Shown piece by piece: positions 55,551 to 64,000 of a stretch of 64,000 bases of DNA. Source of the stretch: Paragordius varius (Eukaryota; Animalia; Nematomorpha); NCBI GenBank assembly GCA_964247055.1, contig OZ176058.1, positions 3,844,001-3,908,000 of the forward strand, written 5' to 3'. The stretch's first letter is position 1, and every line of letters begins with the position of its first letter. The position numbers were made by a program, and so were the translations under genes. The notes under the pieces were generated by a model, which worked only from the letters and a program-made list of their open reading frames with translations, was not told the origin of the DNA and did not search any database.

Positions 55551-55818
55551 TGTAAGGTTGATTTATTCACGTAGAGCAGTATGGTATAATAAAATAGAGT
55601 TGAGAGATAAAAAGAAAAACCAAAATAAAAAAGTGAGTTGCTATTATATCACAAGTTCCTTTTATGTGTGCATGCCTTATTTGCGTAGACGTTACACAAT
55701 GGTTATTCTCAACAACAGATAAGCTTTAACACGAAAAATATATATAATATTCAAATACAAAATAACTGATGCAACATGAATTGAGTGTGTTAACAAAATA
55801 GAATATTATAACCTTACA
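55551..55818 (-). repeat. 5' LTR (268 bp)
   Basis: Direct repeat of 51,296-51,563 at offset 4,255 with one mismatch. Adjacent to the PBS and upstream of the gag-pol ATG. Confidence 0.97.
55631..55666 (-). promoter_or_regulatory. Putative core promoter in the 5' LTR (CATAAAAG plus Inr-like TCACTT)
   Basis: Minus-strand CATAAAAGG lies 32 nt upstream of the A of TCACTT, a TATA-to-Inr-like spacing. Motif spacing only; other TATA-like runs exist in the LTR. Confidence 0.3.
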
Positions 55819-55823
55819 TTCAA
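55819..55823. repeat. Target-site duplication TTCAA (right copy)
   Basis: AACCTTACA|TTCAA|CAATC. A single TTCAA is present at the empty paralogue (33,967-33,971). Confidence 0.93.
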
Positions 55824-58800
55824 CAATCAAATAAATTCTCCAACAATCAAAATGTGATGTTTCCAACAATCAAACATATATTTTCAACAATCAAATAATT
55901 TTCCAACAATCAAAATATGTTGCCCAATAGCTTTTTAGTGTTTCCAACAATCAAACATATATTTTCAACAATCAAATTATTTTTTCAACAATCAAATTAT
56001 GTTGTCTTTTAAATTTTTAGTGTTTCCAACAATCAAACATATATTTGCACAATCGAATATTTTTTCCAACAATCAAAATATGTTGCCCAATAGCTTTTTA
56101 TTGTTTCTAACAATTAAACATATATTTTCAACAATCAAATAATTTTTCAAACAATCAAAATATGTTGCCCAATAGCTTTTTAGTGTTTCCAACAATCAAA
56201 CATATATTTTCAACAATCAAATAATTTTTCCAACAATCAAAATATGTTGCCCAATAGCTTTTTAGTGTTTCCAACAATCAAACATATATTTTCAACAATC
56301 AAATTATTTTTTCAACAATCAAATTATGTTGTCTTTTAAATTTTTAGTGTTTCCAACAATCAAACATATATTTGCACAATCGAATATTTTTTCCAACAAT
56401 CAAAATATGTTGCCCAATAGCTTTTTATTGTTTCCAACAATCAAACATATATTTTCAACAATCAAATAATTTTTCAAACAATCAAAATATGTTGCCCAAT
56501 ATCTTTTTAGTGTTTCCAACAATCAAACATATATTTTCAACAATCAAATAATTTTTCCAACAATCAAAATATGTTGCCCAATAGCATTTAGTATTTCCAA
56601 CAATCAAACATATATTTTCAACAATCAAATAATTTTTCCAACAATCGAATGTTTTCTTTTAACTTTTTAGTGTTTCCAACAATCAAACATATATTTTCAA
56701 CAATCAAATAATTTTTCCAACAATCAAAATATGATGCCCAATAGCTTTTTAGTGTTTCCAAAAATCAAACATATATTTGCACAATCAAATAATTTTTACA
56801 ACAATCAAAATATGTTTTCTTTTAACTTTTTAGTGTTTCCAACAATCAAACATATATTTTCAACAATCAAATAATTTTTCCAACAATCAAAATATGTTGC
56901 CCAATAGCTTTTTATTGTTTCCAACAATCAAACATATATTTTCAACAATCAAATGATTTTTCAAACAATCAAAATATGTTGCCCAATAGCTTTTTAGTAT
57001 TTCCAACAATCAAACATATATTTTTAACAATCAAATAATTTTTCCAACAATCAAAATATGTTGCCCAATAGCATTTAGTATTTCCAACAATCAAACATAT
57101 ATTTTCAACAATCAAATAATTTTTCCAACAATCAAAATATGTTTTCTTTTAACTTTTTAGTGTTTCCAACAATCAAACATATATTTTCAACAATCAAATA
57201 ATTTTTCCAACAATCAAAATATGATGCCCAATAGCTTTTTAGTGTTTCCAACAATCAAACATATATTTGCACAATCAAATAAATTTTACAACAATCAAAA
57301 TATGTTTTCTTTTAACTTTTTAGTGTTTCCAACAATCAGACATATATTTTCAACAATCAAATAATTTTTCCAACAATCAAAATATGTTGCCCAATAGCTT
57401 TTTATTGTTTCCAACAATCAAACATATATTTTCAACAATCAAATGATTTTTCAAACAATCAAAATATGTTGCCCCATAGCTTTTTAGTATTTCCAACAAT
57501 CAAACATATATTTTTAACAATCAAATAATTTTTCCAACAATCAAATTATGTTGTCTTTTAACTTTTTAGTGTTTCCAACAATCAAACATATATTTTCAAC
57601 AATCAAATAATTTTTCCAACAATCAAAATATGATGCCCAATAGCTTTTTAGTGTTTCCAACAATCAAACATATATTTGCATAATCAAATAATTTTTACAA
57701 CAATCAAAATATGTTTTCTTTTAACTTTTTAGTGTTTCCAACAATCAAACATATATTTTCAACAATCGAATATTTTTTCCAACAATCAAAATATGTTGCC
57801 CAATAGCTTTTTATTGTTTCCAACAATCAAACATATATTTTCACCAATCAAATAATTTCCAACAATCAAATGATTTTTCAAACAATCAAAATATGTTGCC
57901 CAAAAGCTTTTTAGTATTTCCAACAATCAAACATATATTTTTAACAATCAAATAATTTATCCAACAATCAAATTATGTTGTCTTTTAACTTTTTAGTGTT
58001 TCCAACAATCAAACATATATTTTCAACAATCAAATAATTTTACCAACAATCAAAATATGATGCCTAAAGGCTTTTTAGTGTTCCAACAATCAAACATATA
58101 TTTGCACAATCAAATAATTTTTAAAACAATCAAAATATGTTTTCTTTTAACTTTTTATTGTTTCCAACAATCAAACATATATTTTCAACAATCAAATAAT
58201 TTTTCAAACAATCAAAATATGTTGCCCAATAGCTTTTTAGTGTTTCCAACAATCAAACATATATTTTCAACAATCAAATAATTTTTCCAACAATCAAAAT
58301 ATGTTGCCCAATAGCTTTTTAGTGTTTCCAACAATCAAACATATATTTTAAACAATCAAATAATTTTTCCAACAATCAAAATATGTTGCCCGTTAGCTTT
58401 TTAGTGTTTCTAACAATCAAACATATATTTTCAACAATCAAATTATTTTTTCACCAATCAAATTATGTTGTCTTTTAAATTTTAGTGTTTTCAACAATCA
58501 AACATATATTTGCACAATCGAATATTTTTTCCAACAATCAAAATATGTTGCCCAATAGCTTTTTATTGTTTCCAACAATCAAACATATATTTTCAACAAT
58601 CAAATAATTTTTCCAACAATCAAAATATGTTGCCCAATAGCATTTAGTATTTCCAACAATCAAATAATTTTTCCAACAATCAAAATATGTTTTCTTTTAA
58701 CTTTTTAGTGTTTCCAACAATCAAACATATATTTGCACAATCAAATAATTTTTAAAACAATCAAAATATGTTTTCTTTTAACTTTTTAATGTTTCCAACA

Positions 58801-61800
58801 ATCAAACATATATTTTCAACAATCGAATATTTTTTCCAACAATCAAAATATGTTGCCCAATAGCTTTTTATTGTTTCCAACAATCAAACATATATTTTCA
58901 ACAATCAAATGATTTTTCAAACAATAATATGTTGCCCAATAGCTTTTTAGTATTTCCAACAATCAAACATATATTTTTAACAATCAAATAATTTTTCCAA
59001 CAATCAAATTATGTTGTCTTTTAACTTTTTAGTGTTACCAACAATCAAACATATATTTTCAACAATCAAATAATTTTTCCAACAATCAAAATATGTTGCC
59101 CAATAGCTTTTTAGTGTTTTCAACAATCAAACATATATTTTCAACAATCAAATAATTTTTCCAACAATCAAATAATTTTTCCAACAATCAAAATATGTTG
59201 CCCAATAGCATTTAGTATTTCCAACAATCAAATAATTTTTCCAACAATCAAAATATGTTTTCTTTTAACTTTTTAGTGTTTCCAACAATCAAACATATAT
59301 TTTCAACAATCAAATAATTTTTCCAACAATCATAATATGTTGCCCAATAGCTTTTTATTGTTTCCAACAATCAAACATATATTTTCAACAATCAAATGAT
59401 TTTTCAAACAATCAAAATATGTTGCCCAATAGCTTTTTAGTATTTCCAACAATCAAACATATATTTTTAACAATCAAAAAATTTTTCCAACAATCAAATT
59501 ATGTTGTCTTTTAACTTTTTAGTGTTTCCAACAATCAAACATATATTTTCAACAATCAAATAATTTTACCAACAATCAAAATATGATGCCCAATAGCTTT
59601 TTAGTGTTTCCAAAAATCAAACATATATTTGCACAATCAAATAATTTTTACAACAATCAAAATATGTTTTCTTTTAACTTTTTAGTGTTTCCAACAATCA
59701 AACATATATTTTCAACAATCGAATATTTTTTCCAACAATCAAAATATGTTGCCCAATAGCTTTTTATTGTTTCCAACAATCAAACATATATTTTCAACAA
59801 TCAAATAATTTTTCAAACAATCAAAATATGTTGCCCAATAGCTTTTTAGTGTTTCCAACAATCAAACATATATTTTCAACAATCAAATAATTTTTCCAAC
59901 AATCAAAATATGTTGCCCAATATCATTTAGTATTTCCAACAATCAAACATATATTTTCAACAATCAAATAATTTTTCCAACAATCAAAATATGTTTTCTT
60001 TTAACTTTTTAGTGTTTCCAACAATCAAACATATATTTTCAACAATCAAATAATTTTTCCAACAATCATAAAATGTTGCCTCATAGCTTTTTATTGTTTC
60101 CAACAATCAAATTATATTATCTTTTAACTTTTTATTGTTTACAACAATCAAACATATATCAACAATCAAAAAATTTTTCCACCAACCAAATTATGTTGTC
60201 TTTTAACTTTTTAATGTTTCCAACAATCAAACTTATATTTTCAACAATAAAATATTTTTTTCAACAATCAAAATATGTTTTCTTTTAACTTTTTATTGTT
60301 TCCAACAATCAAACATATATTTTCAACAATCAAATAATTTTTCCAACAATCAAAATATGTTGCCCAATAGCATTTAGTATTTCCAACAATCAAATAATTT
60401 TTCCAACAATCAAAATATGTTTTCTTTTAACTTTTTAGTGTTTCCAACAATCAAACATATATTTTCAACAATCAAATAATTTTTCCAACAATCAAAATAT
60501 GTTGCCCAATAGCTTTTTATTGTTTCCAACAATCAAACATATATTTTCAACAATCAAATGATTTTTCAAACAATCAAAATATGTTGCCTAATAGCTTTTT
60601 AGTATTTCCAACAATCAAACATATATTTTTAACAATCAAAAAATTTTTCCAACAATCAAATTATGTTGTCTTTTAACTTTTTAGTGTTTTCAACAATAAA
60701 ACATATATTTTCAACAATCAAATAATTTTACCAACAATCAAAATATGATGCCCAATAGCTTTTTAGTGTTTCCAACAATCAAACATATATTTGCACAATC
60801 AAATAATTTTTACAACAATCAAAATATGTTTTCTTTTAACTTTTTAGTGTTTCCAACAATCAAACATATATTTCCAACAATCGAATATTTTTTCCAACAA
60901 TCAAAATATGTTGCCCAATAGCTTTTTATTGTTTCCAACAATCAAACATATATTTTCAACAATCAAATAATTTTTCCAACAATCAAAATATGTTGCCCAA
61001 TAGCATTTAGTATTTCCAACAATCAAATAATTTTTCCAACAATCAAAATATGTTTTCTTTTAACTTTTTAGTGTTTCCAACAATCAAACATATATTTTCA
61101 ACAATCAAATAATTTTTCCAACAATCAAAATATGTTGCCCAATAGCTTTTTATTGTTTCCAACAATCAAACATATATTTTCAACAATCAAATGATTTTTC
61201 AAACAATCAAAATATGTTGCCCAATAGCTTTTTAGTATTTCCAACAATCAAACATATATTTTTAACAATCAAAAAATTTTTCCAACAATCAAATTATGTT
61301 GTCTTTTAACTTTTTAGTGTTTCCAACAATAAAACATATATTTTCAACAATCAAATAATTTTACCAACAATCAAAATATGATGCCCAATAGCTTTTTAGT
61401 GTTTCCAACAATCAAACATATATTTGCACAATCAAACAATTTTTAAAACAATCAAAATATGTTTTCTTTTAACTTTTTAATGTTTCCAACAATCAAACAT
61501 ATATTTTCAACAATCGAATATTTTTTCCAACAATCAAAATATGTTGCCCATAGCTTTTTATTGTTTCCAACAATCAAACATATATTTTCAAAAATCAAAT
61601 AATTTTTCAAACAATCAAAATATGTTGCCCAATAGCTTTTTAGTGTTTCCAACAATCAAACATATATTTTCAACAATCAAATAATTTTTCCAACAATCAA
61701 AATATGTTGCCCAATAGCATTTAGTATTTCCAACAATCAAACATATATTTTCAACAATCAAATAATTTTTCCAACAATCACAAAATGTTGCCCAATAGCT

Positions 61801-64000
61801 TTTTATTGTTTCCAACAATCAAACATATATTTTCAACAATCAAATGATTTTTCAAACAATCAAAATATGTTGCCCAATAGCTTTTTAGTATTTCCAACAA
61901 TCAAACATATATTTTTAACAATCAAATAATTTTTCCAACAATCAAATTATGTTGTCTTTTAACTTTTTAGTGTTTCCAACAATCAAACATATATTTTCAA
62001 CAATCAAATAATTTTTCCAACAATCAAAATATGTTGCCCAATAGCTTTTTAGTGTTTTCAACAATCAAACATATATTTTCAACAATCAAATAATTTTTCC
62101 AACAATCAAATAATTTTTCCAACAATCAAAATATGTTGCCCAATAGCTTTTTAGTGTTTCCAACAATCAAACTTTCAACAATCAAATAATTTTTCCAACA
62201 ATCAAAATATGTTGCCCAATATCATTTAGTATTTCCAACAATCAAACATATATTTTCAACAATCAAATAATTTTTCCAACAATCAAAATATGTTTTCTTT
62301 TAACTTTTTAGTGTTTCCAACAATCAAACATATATTTTCAACAATCAAATAATTTTTCCAACAATCATAAAATGTTGCCTCATAGCTTTTTATTGTTTCC
62401 AACAATCAAATTATATTATCTTTTAACTTTTTATTGTTTCCAACAATCAAACATATATCAACAATCAAAAAATTTTTCCACCAACCAAATTATGTTGTCT
62501 TTTAACTTTTTAATGTTTCCAACAATCAAACTTATATTTTCAACAATAAAATATTTTTTTCAACAATCAAAATATGTTTTCTTTTAACTTTTTAGTGTTT
62601 CCAACAATCAAACATATATTTTCAACAATCAAATAATTTTAACAATCAAAATATGTTCCCCAATAGCTTTATAGTGGTCCCAACAATCAAACATATATTT
62701 TCAACAATCAAATAATTTTTCAAACAATCAAAATATGTTGCCCAATAGCTTTTTAGTGTTTCCAACAATCAAACATATATTTTCAACAATCAAATAATTT
62801 TTCCAACAATCAAAATATGTTGCCCAATAGCATTTAGTATTTCCAACAATCAAACATATATTTTCAACAATCAAATAATTTTTCCAACAATCAAAATATG
62901 TTTTCTTTTAACTTTTTAGTGTTTCCAACAATAAAACATATATTTTCAACAATCAAATAATTTTTCCAACAATCACAAAATGTTGCCCTATAGCTTTTTA
63001 GTGTTTCCAACAATCAAATAATTTTTTCAAAAAATCAAATAATTTTTCCAACATAAAATATGTTGCCCAATTTTTAGTGTTTCCAACAATCAAACATATA
63101 CTTTCAACAATCAAATAATTTTTCCAACAATTAAAAATATGTTGCGCAATAGCTTTTTAGTGTTTCCAACAATCAAACATATATTTTCAACAATCAAATA
63201 ATTTATTCAACAATCAAATTATGTTGTCTTTTAACTTTTTAGTGTTTCCAACAATCAAACATATATTTTCAACAATCGAATAATTTTTCCAACAATCAAA
63301 ATATGTTGCCCAATAGCTTCTTATTGTTTCCAACAATCAAACATATATTTGCACAATCAAACAATTTTTAAAACAATCAAAATATGTTTTCTTTTAACTT
63401 TTTAATGTTTCCAACAATCAAACATATATTTTCAACAATCAAATAATTTTTCAAACAATCAAAATATGTTGCCCAATAGCTTTTTATTGTTTCCAACAAT
63501 CAAACATATATTTTCAACAATCAAATAATTTTTCCAACAATCAAAATATGTTGCCCAATAGCTTTTTAGTGTTTCCAACAATCAAACATATATTTTCTAC
63601 AATCAAATAATTTTTCCAACAATCAAAATATGTTGCCTAATAGCTTTTTAGTATTTCCAACAATCAAACATATTTTAACATTCAAATAATTTTTCCAACA
63701 ATCAAATTATGTTGTCTTTTAACTTTTTAGTGTTTCCAACAATCAAACATATATTCAACAATCAAATAAATTCTCCAACAATCAAAATATGATGCCCAAT
63801 AGCTTTTTAGTGTTTCCAACAATCAAACATATATTTTCAACACTCAAATAATTTTTCCCACAATCAAAATATGTTGCCCAATAGCTTTTTAGTGTTTCCA
63901 ACAATCAAACATATATTTTCAACAATCAAATAATTTTTAACAATCAAAATATGTTGCCCAATAGCTTTTTAGTGTTTCCAACAATCAAACATATATTTTC
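55819..64000 (+). repeat. Satellite array, right arm part 2 (resumes in register after the retrotransposon)
   Basis: Same monomer and orientation. It restarts at the duplicated TTCAA and continues CAATCAAATAAATTCTCC, as at the empty paralogue near 33,967. Truncated by the window end. Confidence 0.98.

Larger units (their letters stand above)
51296..55818 (-). mobile_element. Full-length Ty3/Gypsy LTR retrotransposon, Mag-like (4,523 bp)
   Basis: Two 268-bp TG..CA LTRs, 5-bp TSD, PBS, PPT, and Gag-PR-RT-RH-IN domain order (integrase after RNase H means Ty3/Gypsy). The paired CX2CX3HX4C + CX2CX4HX4C knuckles are typical of Mag-clade elements; the clade call is from motif recognition only. Confidence 0.97.

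Overview
This is eukaryotic heterochromatin-type DNA. About 59.5 kb (93%) is one AT-rich tandem satellite family with an ~82-bp monomer built from 21+20+21+20-bp subunits, three of them anchored by CAACAATCAAA. The array switches orientation abruptly at ~20,932/20,933: the left arm reads TGATTGTTG on +, the right arm CAACAATCA. The two arms carry different monomer subfamilies, monomers are most degenerate around the switch, and nested higher-order repeats (0.4, 0.9, 1.5, 1.6, 2.9-3.4 and 3.8 kb) lie further out. The only non-satellite DNA is a young 4,523-bp Ty3/Gypsy (Mag-like) LTR retrotransposon on the minus strand (51,296-55,818). It has 268-bp LTRs differing at one base, a 5-bp TTCAA target-site duplication, a 10-nt PBS matching the tRNA-His 3' end, a PPT, and a single 1,284-aa Gag-PR-RT-RNaseH-IN ORF whose natural-looking C-terminal tail lies in the +1 frame. 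An uninterrupted paralogue of its insertion site is at ~33,967. All other ORFs in the track are satellite or antisense artefacts. Host species and centromeric function cannot be determined from the sequence alone. All coordinates and spacings were counted by hand.
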